IMG/VR virus record: IMGVR_UViG_3300005611_000081
Span: 1-37,704 of that record
Reading direction: 5' to 3' (one strand)
DNA: 37,704 nt
Origin: a virus
Lineage: Duplodnaviria; Caudoviricetes
Below the pieces are notes generated by a model that had not been told where the DNA came from, did no database searches, and saw only the letters and a program-made list of their open reading frames with translations. Shown piece by piece: positions 17,638 through 25,629 of the stretch; position 1 is the first letter of the stretch; each line of letters begins with the position of its first letter. The translations under genes and the position numbers were made by a program.

Positions 17638-17764
17638 AATTAATACTCCTTAAATAAGTTAGCCCGTGACGCTTCCCAGCGTTCTAGGCTTGCTAATCTT
17701 TCGCATCATAGCCGCGAGATGATCACCTCCTTACGGGGTTGCACATCATTTGCCTTGTCGGGGG

Positions 17765-18076
17765 CTAATCTAAAACTCTAAATTTTGAATAATTTGTTTG
17801 TCTAATATCGCTAGATGAGAATGTTGCTTTTAGCTTCATTCGCCATCTTCCAGCATAATCTAAATCTTCGGCGCTAGTGGTTGTATATTCTGCATATTCG
17901 TTCGCGTTAAGTGTTTCGCCATTTACAACTACGGGCGAAGCTGGCACTGTTGCCGCAAACTCTTTAGCTGTGCCAATTTCAGGCTCGCAGATAATTACGC
18001 AAGTTGCAGCGCTTATATCTTCGCCTAGGTTTATGCGCAAAGCTTGGCCTATTTCGCCCTTATTAATATTGCTCAT
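17765..18076 (-). CDS. Small beta-sandwich protein (BppU-N-like adaptor?)
   Basis: GEIGQALRINLGEDISAA...AEYTTTSAEDLDYAGRWRMKL..F.V pattern. Confidence 0.55.
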   Translation of the reverse strand: MSNINKGEIGQALRINLGEDISAATCVIICEPEIGTAKEFAATVPASPVVVNGETLNANEYAEYTTTSAEDLDYAGRWRMKLKATFSSSDIRQTNYSKFRVLD

Positions 18077-18476
18077 TTCTTGCTACTCCGCTACCGAAAG
18101 ACGCGCTTTTTGTTACTGATGAGCCGAAAACGCTACTATTTGTTACATTATAAGCCGTTGTTTGAGTTTTGAGCAAACTTTGAGAAAATGATGCGCTAGC
18201 AACTTCATAACAACCAAACACCAAAGACTTAAAATCGCCTATAGAAAAACAGCCGCTCGCTAGTGAGCCTGACGAAAAGCAAGACGTAATTGAGGCCAAA
18301 ATACCAAAGCTTTTATTTAGATATGCGCCGTTATCAAAGTCTTTATCTAAGAAAAAACCGCTGCCAAATACGCCATCTACAAAAATACCGTTCCCAATAG
18401 CGATAGTGTCAGGCGTTAAAACGCCCCAACTATTACCCCATGAATTGTACCAACTTAAACCCCAAGAGCTAGCCAT
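18063..18476 (-). CDS. Hypothetical protein with an SWG-repeat N-terminus and 10-aa Phe periodicity
   Basis: SSWGLSWYNSWGNSWG, then about ten 10-residue units with F at a fixed position. Confidence 0.7.
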   Translation of the reverse strand: MASSWGLSWYNSWGNSWGVLTPDTIAIGNGIFVDGVFGSGFFLDKDFDNGAYLNKSFGILASITSCFSSGSLASGCFSIGDFKSLVFGCYEVASASFSQSLLKTQTTAYNVTNSSVFGSSVTKSASFGSGVARNEQY

Positions 18477-21400
18477 CTATGGCCCCCACTCGCTACCTTC
18501 ATCACCTGTACCGTTTACAGTAACATCGTTTACGCTTTGGATATTTGAATCTAGCTCGTTAGCTTTTGTAAACGTGAGCTGGTCAGTCTTGGCTTTAATT
18601 GCCGTAATACTTGCATTATCCGGCGCTGTTAATCCTGATATTTGCGCCGGTATTGTAGTCCCGGTATCAATTAAAATAGAATCAACAATAGAGTCCACCG
18701 TTGCCAAGTTAGCAATTATTGTGTCTTGTTTTGCTTGCGTAGCGTCACCACCTGCCGATATTGCCGCAATATCATCGCTAACAGTTACAGAAGGCGTGCC
18801 GATTTTAGTATTGACTGTAGATGCTTGAGCGGCTTGTGATAATTGCGCTTGTTCGCCTGCTGTTAATGCCGAACCGCCTACGTTCTGAACATATACAACG
18901 TTTTTCCAATTAATCTGAACGCCATAACCAGATGTGGTTGGGTCTTTAACGGGGTAAGCGTCATCCGCTCGATATATTCTAGCGGCATCTGTTTGTTTTA
19001 CTGTGTATGTTACGCCCGTCGGGCTGTTGAAATACATGTTTACGGTGGCATTGTTTATTCTGTAGTTCCCTACGTCGGTAGCAGTAACGCCGCCCCAAAA
19101 ATCTACAATGCCGGTCGCGTCTGTCAGCGTGAAGCAATAGAAAGCATAAGCCTGAGCTGCTGTAAAATCGGTATCGCTTGCAATCTCGATCTCATCTTCA
19201 ACATAATCTGCTGAAAAGTTAGTAATGCCGCTACCGTCTATTGCATTTAAAGCATAAACGCTATCAGCGCTAACAAAGTTATCACCATCAGCAACAATGC
19301 CGCCCGTTGTTGCTGCCACTATTGTTTGTCCATACTCAAAAGATGTAGCAGCGTTTAGATGCGCATATCTAATTCTTATACTGTCGCCTGCCGTGGCATA
19401 TGCAGCATCACCATCAGTGTAAGTGTCTGTATAACCTGTTCCCAGCGGGTCCCCTGTATAAATTACAGTATCTGTCGTTACGTTGTAGATATGTAATCGC
19501 GAATCACCGCCAACGTCGTCAGGCAAGTTAGTAATACTTATTTGCGCTGTTACTGGTGTTATGAAATAACCAGAACCACTATCTTGATCTTCTTGTTGCT
19601 GTATAAAATCAGGATGGTAAGCAGCGTTCTCTTCAAAGTAGAAGCCATGCTTCTCAGTTGTATCTTCTGTGTTTTCTACAAATTGAGCTATTGAGGAATA
19701 ACTACCGCCGCTCTCAACTATAGGGCATGGTAAGTCAAACGCTCTCAACGAACTGCCGTACAAATTAGCCGTTGTTGGGTCTGTGTACGTGTCATACAAC
19801 CACTGAGCCAAGAACGCTTCAGGACTCTTAGAATTACTCGCTTCTGTTACTTTGAACGAGAAGGTATAGCCTGTTTGCTCTTCAACTGGCGCACCTTGCT
19901 GATTGGTCACAACCGGCGTAAACGTTTGATCTCCACTCGCCGTGCCTGTAGCCGTGTTCTCTAATACAAATATATATTCATAAGGTTCTAATGCACTAAT
20001 GCCAAAGCTTGACAGTATATTGGCTCTTGCTTGATAGTAGTCAGTAGCAAACGTCTTAAATACTAGATGGCTATCATAGTTATAATCGGGTGTACCGTCG
20101 CCATTAGTGTCAGAGTAATACTGTATTACTTGATCAACTACGCCACTTACTAACGTGACACTGTTAACCGTTCCGCCTTCTTCTTGAACATACCTTACTT
20201 TAACTGTCCCGCCGATAGTACCAACAGACTTAACGCTACAATAACGATGAGTGTCATTCCCTGTTGTTGCATGCTCCCACGTCATGCCAGCGCCTTTCCA
20301 GTATGTGACACTACCAGAATCTAACTGTGCCGCTGTCGTGCCATCTGATGTAAACTCAAATCTATCAGGGCCAACTGCAGTGATAGGAAACTCAGTATTG
20401 TCTAATGCGCTTTGAGCTATCCAGAAATCAATTAAAGCACTGTATACATCACGCCCTTGCTGATTGTCAGATAAGTATCCACGCCTGGCAGCCCTAGCCC
20501 AATGAACCTGCCCCGCCGTTGGTGATGTAGTTGCAGCCCACGTTAGGCCATGACTAGCATTATAAATGGGGTCTTCGACTAGGTTTATCGAGACTGTTAC
20601 GTTTGATGTACCTAGCACAACACCCGTTTGACGCTGAGGTAAATATCCAGCTTTCATGACCGTTATGTCATACGTGCCTGTGTTCTGAGTAGTAACACTG
20701 GTTCCTGTGCCAGACGCTTCTATTGTCTGTGTACCAGCGTTAAATATCTTGATGTCACTAGCAGCTACATTTGATGTGACTTCTAACTGAATTGTTGGGG
20801 CAACCACATTGATTGTCCCACCACCTGACGCATTTAGTTTTCCAGATGCTATTGCGCTAGGACTTGATACCGTAAGTGTCCCTGTTCCTGTGTACTCAAT
20901 GTAATACGTGTTTGAAGAATCAAATGTAAATTCTGCAACATCTAAATCGCAGTTTCCTGCCACATCTACTTTAATAGCTGTCTGATTGCCTGAGAACGTG
21001 ACGTTGGTCATGTTTGCGTCACCGTTTGTTGAATCAACAGTGAGCGCTACACCAGCAGCATTTTTAAATGAACAACCTGTAAACGTAGGCTGTGAAGTTG
21101 CTATTTCAGCACAGCTATCGAACGTACAACCATCGAACGTGTGCCCATCTACTATTGTTAAATCACCTGCGCCTTTTATTGTGCATGTTGTATAACTTAC
21201 TGTCGCTGAAGTTGATCCAATAGAGTTCCAGTAAAACGGCGTGTCTGACAACCAAGAGCACAACACATAGCTAACTATATCATTGATGCTGGCGTTCGTC
21301 TGATAACCTAGCGAGTTATCAGAAAGATGAGCTTTCCCCCACTTACCTGCAACCGTGAAGTCTTTAGCAAACTCAAAAGTTTTTATGCTTTCTTCAAAGT

Positions 21401-22145
21401 GTGTCTCAGTTGCGCCATCACCTATTGCAAATGGGTATGAAAGTAGGTGTATTGATTCAGAAGGCGAGATACTTCCAATACAGTTTTGTGCATTTATCGC
21501 GGCGGATATTACTGCAAAATTACCCTTATCTCCAATCTCTCCATTCACCATTAAAACTGGTTCCATATAGCCAATGGCGTCAAAGTAAATATCTTGATAT
21601 GTGCCGGTCGGCCTATGTGCCAAACCAATGTGCGTTACGTTTGCTGGATCAAAAGTGCCTGAATATAACTGCGCGTTTGTTGACCTATTTAAATCTATAA
21701 TTATTCCATTGTACCCTGTCTCCATCAGTGCAGGAGTATCTTTCCCGCCTACCGGATAAATGGCTTCCTCTGTCCCTGTTGAATTTGAGTTTACGAAAAC
21801 TTGATGACCTGAAACAGCAGCACTTACTAAGTTTTCAGTATTCCGACCTGTCGTCCACGTGGTGCGCAAATGCACGAATAGGAACTTATTAGCTGTGCTA
21901 AAATCCTCGGTTGACGCTAATGCGTATGTACCGCCTTGAACTTTATTGTAGTTTGCGAAATCAGTCTGGTTTGCAACTCTGCCGCACCCCGATGTTCCAA
22001 ACAGGCCTTGACTGTATCCGTTGGACAGTAAATAACTTTTAGTAACTGCTGAACCTGACAACGGGGCTATAGGTGATTTTCCTGTAACCCCTGTATCACA
22101 GCTTTCTATCTGAGTGAAGCCACCACTTACACTAGGAGCCGCCAT
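18477..22145 (-). CDS. 1222-aa multi-domain beta-rich protein (putative fibre/adhesin)
   Basis: Thr/Gly/Ser-rich; beta-helix-like TFDGCTFDSC/TFTGCSFKN repeats, a PEGA-like YDITVMKAGY segment, and a coiled-coil-like C-terminus. No signal peptide. Confidence 0.7.
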   Translation of the reverse strand: MAAPSVSGGFTQIESCDTGVTGKSPIAPLSGSAVTKSYLLSNGYSQGLFGTSGCGRVANQTDFANYNKVQGGTYALASTEDFSTANKFLFVHLRTTWTTGRNTENLVSAAVSGHQVFVNSNSTGTEEAIYPVGGKDTPALMETGYNGIIIDLNRSTNAQLYSGTFDPANVTHIGLAHRPTGTYQDIYFDAIGYMEPVLMVNGEIGDKGNFAVISAAINAQNCIGSISPSESIHLLSYPFAIGDGATETHFEESIKTFEFAKDFTVAGKWGKAHLSDNSLGYQTNASINDIVSYVLCSWLSDTPFYWNSIGSTSATVSYTTCTIKGAGDLTIVDGHTFDGCTFDSCAEIATSQPTFTGCSFKNAAGVALTVDSTNGDANMTNVTFSGNQTAIKVDVAGNCDLDVAEFTFDSSNTYYIEYTGTGTLTVSSPSAIASGKLNASGGGTINVVAPTIQLEVTSNVAASDIKIFNAGTQTIEASGTGTSVTTQNTGTYDITVMKAGYLPQRQTGVVLGTSNVTVSINLVEDPIYNASHGLTWAATTSPTAGQVHWARAARRGYLSDNQQGRDVYSALIDFWIAQSALDNTEFPITAVGPDRFEFTSDGTTAAQLDSGSVTYWKGAGMTWEHATTGNDTHRYCSVKSVGTIGGTVKVRYVQEEGGTVNSVTLVSGVVDQVIQYYSDTNGDGTPDYNYDSHLVFKTFATDYYQARANILSSFGISALEPYEYIFVLENTATGTASGDQTFTPVVTNQQGAPVEEQTGYTFSFKVTEASNSKSPEAFLAQWLYDTYTDPTTANLYGSSLRAFDLPCPIVESGGSYSSIAQFVENTEDTTEKHGFYFEENAAYHPDFIQQQEDQDSGSGYFITPVTAQISITNLPDDVGGDSRLHIYNVTTDTVIYTGDPLGTGYTDTYTDGDAAYATAGDSIRIRYAHLNAATSFEYGQTIVAATTGGIVADGDNFVSADSVYALNAIDGSGITNFSADYVEDEIEIASDTDFTAAQAYAFYCFTLTDATGIVDFWGGVTATDVGNYRINNATVNMYFNSPTGVTYTVKQTDAARIYRADDAYPVKDPTTSGYGVQINWKNVVYVQNVGGSALTAGEQAQLSQAAQASTVNTKIGTPSVTVSDDIAAISAGGDATQAKQDTIIANLATVDSIVDSILIDTGTTIPAQISGLTAPDNASITAIKAKTDQLTFTKANELDSNIQSVNDVTVNGTGDEGSEWGP

Positions 22146-22498
22146 TATTCAACCACCTGCACAGTGACTATAATCTTGCCTGCTTTTGCTATGATTTTAT
22201 CATTAATATTAAGGCTGATTGGATCGGACAATAAACCTTCTTGTCCAAATTCAACAATACTTATCTGGAACGTGTAAGTGCCTGCTTCAACTTCAGACAA
22301 TTGAAAGCTAGTAGCATCGCCTGCAATCTCGTTAACGTCTTGAAGAACATTATTAAAAGTCGTGTAAAGATTGTATCTATCAATTTGCTCAATCTGGCTG
22401 CCATCTTCGCGCTCCGTTGGTGGTTCCCAAGTCAAAAGAATGTCTGCTGCATTGGCCGCAAACGAAATGATAAGCAAAAAGGCAAGAAAAAAGCGCAT
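22145..22498 (-). CDS. Secreted fibronectin type III-like protein
   Basis: Sec signal MRFFLAFLLIISFAANA, then LLTWEPPTEREDG...YNLY...L..GTYTFQIS.V...EGLLSDP. Confidence 0.8.
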   Translation of the reverse strand: MRFFLAFLLIISFAANAADILLTWEPPTEREDGSQIEQIDRYNLYTTFNNVLQDVNEIAGDATSFQLSEVEAGTYTFQISIVEFGQEGLLSDPISLNINDKIIAKAGKIIVTVQVVE

Positions 22499-22557
22499 AT
22501 ATAAACCCTAAAGAGTATGTATGCGCTTAGTTTAATTTGTTATTGACAATAATACAA
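22491..22557 (-). promoter_or_regulatory. Candidate late promoter plus leader hairpin
   Basis: TTGTAT-17-TAAACT. A 9-bp stem (22520-22528 with 22491-22499) encloses the RBS and includes the start codon, and is followed by a T-run. Confidence 0.45.
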
Positions 22558-22755
22558 TTAATGCGTAGCTGCTACGTGATCATTAACCAGCTTGTAAACC
22601 TCGCGAGCATCTAAACCATTTTGCTCATAATGCTCGATGCTATCTATCAACATAACGTGACCGTGTAGATTTGCGTAGCTCACCTCGACCAGTTGATTGA
22701 ATTTCTCGATTATTGCTTTTTGATTGTATTGATCAATGCTGTGTAGTTTAGTCAT
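22558..22755 (-). CDS. Hypothetical protein
   Basis: 65-aa ORF, ATGA-coupled to the upstream ORF. Confidence 0.65.
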   Translation of the reverse strand: MTKLHSIDQYNQKAIIEKFNQLVEVSYANLHGHVMLIDSIEHYEQNGLDAREVYKLVNDHVAATH

Positions 22756-22910
22756 ATCGACAACCTCTCAACACTCACCACGCGGACCGGCATATCTAGC
22801 ATATTGGCCCACTCTAAAAACTTCTGTTCAGCTTGAAAACCATCATCAGCTCGCGTTAAATACTGACGAGGCTTGTCGTTCATAACGTATATTAATTTAA
22901 ATTGCTCCAT
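22752..22910 (-). CDS. Hypothetical protein, 52 aa (MEQFKLIYVMNDKPRQY...)
   Basis: Read by hand. Fills the gap exactly, with TAATG and ATGA overlaps at its ends. Confidence 0.65.
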   Translation of the reverse strand: MEQFKLIYVMNDKPRQYLTRADDGFQAEQKFLEWANMLDMPVRVVSVERLSI

Positions 22911-23107
22911 TATCGTTCCCCCAATAACCCTTTTAATATTTCTAGTTTTTGTTCTGATTTTAGCGCCTCACGATGCAGATATTTGTCGATCTCGTGAGCC
23001 CAAACTTCTATTACGTGTATTTCAGCTTCAATGACCTGGCGCGGTTTATTGCGCCAGATTGAGCGATAATCTTGATATGCTTTGTTAGCGTCCAATGCAG
23101 TCACCAT
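22910..23107 (-). CDS. Hypothetical protein
   Basis: 65-aa ORF in a tightly packed operon. Confidence 0.6.
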   Translation of the reverse strand: MVTALDANKAYQDYRSIWRNKPRQVIEAEIHVIEVWAHEIDKYLHREALKSEQKLEILKGLLGER

Positions 23108-23399
23108 TTGCTATCAGGTTTTCAAAAAAATAAATCGTGTCGTAAATATAAACAACTTCATCTTGCAGCTCTAACTCGATAGGATCAAGCCCGAACTCTA
23201 ACTGTTGATCTACGAACGCTCGGAACTGTTCATCTGTGAATTCATAGTCAGAGTTATAAACGCACTTCTCAATATCTAAAAGCTGTCCAAGGTTTAAATC
23301 TGATAGTTTTATGTTCATTTTCTTCTTCCTATCCCAAAATTTATTATTTCTATACGCTTCAGTTGTTGGCCTTGCTGGCCCATTGTCGCCCCATGTCAT
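23085..23399 (-). CDS. Hypothetical protein
   Basis: 104-aa ORF, ATGA-coupled to the methyltransferase. Confidence 0.6.
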   Translation of the reverse strand: MTWGDNGPARPTTEAYRNNKFWDRKKKMNIKLSDLNLGQLLDIEKCVYNSDYEFTDEQFRAFVDQQLEFGLDPIELELQDEVVYIYDTIYFFENLIANGDCIGR

Positions 23400-24436
23400 T
23401 GCATACTCCTAAAAATATGTGCTATTACGTCAACAGTCCAACCGTTACCAAGCATTTTGTATCTCTGAGTGTTGCTAATTCCTTTGTCTGTATATCCATC
23501 CGGCACTGTTTGAAGGCGTTCACATTCGACGGGGGTTAGTTTTCTATACATTAAATTATTGGTATCTTTGTTTAATGCCAATTTGGGCATGTGCGAAGTT
23601 GTTAAAGCGTCAGTGTATGCGGCACTTGGTTTTAAGATTCTACCTAATTCACTGATTCCAGATTTTGCTTTGTCGCCTTTATTATATCTAAACCCACGGC
23701 TATTCTCAGTCACCCCTTTAACGCGATCGTTAAAAACCACACACAAGACTTCGCTATCACACTCCAGGTAGTCCCCTTGGCGGCCATTTTTTACATATTC
23801 CATACTACTGAGACTTACGGCTTTGTCTTTAGGTTCGGAAACAAGGCACTTTCTACCATGTTGTCTGGTTGAAAAAGTGTCTGTCATTATTGTAACATTG
23901 GTCGGTGGGTGCTCAATAATATCCGCAAGCACAATACCCTTATCACTAGGTTGCCCAAACTCCCAGTTTGCCCAGTAATATCGCTGGCGGTTCTGAGCGC
24001 TAACCAGTGCGCTATTAATGAAAACAGGCTCGGCCCCCAATTGCTCGCTAATAACCGCTAAAAACTCTTTTTTCATCTTGACGTTTTCAAGCATGAATTT
24101 AACGTCAGGATTTACCGAACGAATGTGATTTAAAATATCAACATAAACAAAAAACAATTTAGAACGCGGATCGTCAAAAGCAAGTTGTTTACCTGCAAAG
24201 CTAAATCCTTGGCATGGTGATCCACCTATCAATAAATCAATGCTAGACCAATCAATATCCCATTCGCGCCACTTTGTGACATCGCCCATCTGAAGTGTAT
24301 TAGGCCAGTTTGCTTGAGTTACTGTTATCGCGTATTTGTCTAATTCACTAGCGTAGTATTTGCTAACACTTATGCCTGCACGATCTAACGCGATACGCCC
24401 GCAGCTCATTCCATCAAATAAGCTTAATACTCTCAT
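23396..24436 (-). CDS. DNA (cytosine-5)-methyltransferase, orphan
   Basis: Motif I LSLFDGMSCG, IV GGSPCQGFS, VI LENV, VIII QNRQRYYW, IX RKLTPVECERLQ and X LGNGW. Confidence 0.95.
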   Translation of the reverse strand: MRVLSLFDGMSCGRIALDRAGISVSKYYASELDKYAITVTQANWPNTLQMGDVTKWREWDIDWSSIDLLIGGSPCQGFSFAGKQLAFDDPRSKLFFVYVDILNHIRSVNPDVKFMLENVKMKKEFLAVISEQLGAEPVFINSALVSAQNRQRYYWANWEFGQPSDKGIVLADIIEHPPTNVTIMTDTFSTRQHGRKCLVSEPKDKAVSLSSMEYVKNGRQGDYLECDSEVLCVVFNDRVKGVTENSRGFRYNKGDKAKSGISELGRILKPSAAYTDALTTSHMPKLALNKDTNNLMYRKLTPVECERLQTVPDGYTDKGISNTQRYKMLGNGWTVDVIAHIFRSMQ

Positions 24437-24495
24437 TGCGCCCATACTCCGAAGGCTAAACAAACAACCGCTATTGCTAATATTTCGTAGATCAT
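24433..24495 (-). CDS. 20-aa single-TM microprotein (MIYEILAIAVVCLAFGVWAQ)
   Basis: Read by hand. RBS AAGGGG 6 nt upstream; its TGA overlaps the MTase ATG. Confidence 0.55.
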   Translation of the reverse strand: MIYEILAIAVVCLAFGVWAQ

Positions 24496-24511
24496 GTCAT
24501 TCCCCTTGTTT

Positions 24512-24566
24512 TTTAGTTGGTAAGCTAAGATTAGTATTTTATTGTTAATCTGTAAAGGTGTTTTTG
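24512..24566 (-). promoter_or_regulatory. Early sigma70-like promoter, repeated element copy A
   Basis: TTTACA-17-TAATCT. Shares AATAAAATACTAAT and TAGCT(T)ACCAACTAAA with 36961-37015. Confidence 0.65.
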
Positions 24567-25031
24567 CTAATTATTTTTATCTTCCGATTCCAATCTCTCG
24601 ATTAACCAACCCAAATACACCTGAGCCTTTTTAAAGTCCTCTAAGCCGTTTTTGCTCCAAGCCCTTGTTAGGTACTCCCATGATCTACTCCATTCGTCAA
24701 CGGCGTTTAAATTAGTTCCAGCGGGTATTTTATCGAGCAGGGCGCGTCGAACGTGAATAACTTCAACTCCTGGCATGATTTGATAGTGCGAAGGGTTGTT
24801 TATTTGGTCGCCGCTTATACTCTCCATAATCATCGATTTACCTGTTGCCATGTTTGACGTCTGAATGACATTGATGTTTCCGAAAAACCCCTCATCATAC
24901 ATTTTTTTCTTACCGTCAACGTTTATTAAATTTCCAGATACTCCGGTAACTTCACATATCTTTCCAGGAAAAATATTATCCGCAGCGTCAGTTATGCATA
25001 CAACCCAATCACCCACTTTAAATTTATTCAT
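24567..25031 (-). CDS. DUF3310-like protein with a small N-terminal SH3-like domain
   Basis: MNKFKVGDWVVC... followed by DQINNPSHYQ...KNGLEDFKKAQVYL. Confidence 0.75.
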   Translation of the reverse strand: MNKFKVGDWVVCITDAADNIFPGKICEVTGVSGNLINVDGKKKMYDEGFFGNINVIQTSNMATGKSMIMESISGDQINNPSHYQIMPGVEVIHVRRALLDKIPAGTNLNAVDEWSRSWEYLTRAWSKNGLEDFKKAQVYLGWLIERLESEDKNN

Positions 25032-25213
25032 CACATTCCCCAAATTATAAAAAATGCACTAACTACCCAACACGTGCTAGCAGCCAGAAATACAATGCCA
25101 ACAAAATCTTTAAATCTATTTTGCTTCGCGTCTGTTTTGTCTATTGCTGCCATAAAGACTGTTACCAAAATAATTATCAAGCACGTTAGGTTTACTTTTA
25201 AAGCCTCATTCAT
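25031..25213 (-). CDS. Small two-TM membrane protein
   Basis: 60 aa with two hydrophobic segments; coupled to its neighbours. Confidence 0.65.
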   Translation of the reverse strand: MNEALKVNLTCLIIILVTVFMAAIDKTDAKQNRFKDFVGIVFLAASTCWVVSAFFIIWGM

Positions 25214-25398
25214 TCCCCTTTCTCCAATTCTTTTTTAAGTTTTGACCTTGCCCACAATACCGCCGGTGGATTCGCCAGGTTGTCATAAAACGCGTCGAGC
25301 GCTCCGTATTTGTATGCTGTTTCGATTGCATCAGCATATCCAGATAGTGATTTTTCTAGAGCTGTTTGCAGTTGCTCAATCAGTTCTTTTGTGCTCAT
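25210..25398 (-). CDS. Hypothetical protein
   Basis: 62-aa ORF with RBS AGGG. Confidence 0.6.
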   Translation of the reverse strand: MSTKELIEQLQTALEKSLSGYADAIETAYKYGALDAFYDNLANPPAVLWARSKLKKELEKGE

Positions 25399-25426
25399 TT
25401 TTATAACCCTATGTTTTTTATGGTTA

Positions 25427-25618
25427 TTATTTATCTAACTGCATAGCCGCATCAATCATGCCGCGCAATCCACCTGAAATATTCTCTTGAACTATCTTCG
25501 TAGGTAGCATCACGTTAGCAATCGTATTGTTTACATCAGCTAGCCAGTCGAGACGTTCTTTGTCTTTTTGAAGTTGCTCAACTAATTTGTCTGATTTTGT
25601 TTTGTAAATATCTAGCAT
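25427..25618 (-). CDS. Hypothetical protein
   Basis: 63 aa with a phage-typical KDKERLDWL...LRGMIDAAM pattern. Confidence 0.65.
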   Translation of the reverse strand: MLDIYKTKSDKLVEQLQKDKERLDWLADVNNTIANVMLPTKIVQENISGGLRGMIDAAMQLDK

Positions 25619-25629
25619 GTTTTTATAGC

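Noticed and set aside
17721-17733. 16S rRNA fragment
   Set aside because: Only the 13-nt anti-SD tail matches and the flanks are not rRNA-like. Treated instead as a regulatory motif on the opposite strand.
17640-17790. tRNA or tmRNA (GGGGCT start at ~17761)
   Set aside because: No cloverleaf, T-arm GTTCRA or CCA end could be built.
1453-21700. Numerous + strand ORFs (60-140 aa) opposite the late genes
   Set aside because: Antisense shadows of well-supported structural genes, with no recognisable motifs.
22543-22571. Plus-strand promoter from a perfect TTGACA
   Set aside because: The -10 at 17 bp (TAGCTG) is poor and no sense gene lies downstream. Antisense transcription cannot be excluded.
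25403-25427. Further attC site (TAACC...GGTTA)
   Set aside because: Too short (~23 bp), with no L boxes or extrahelical bases.
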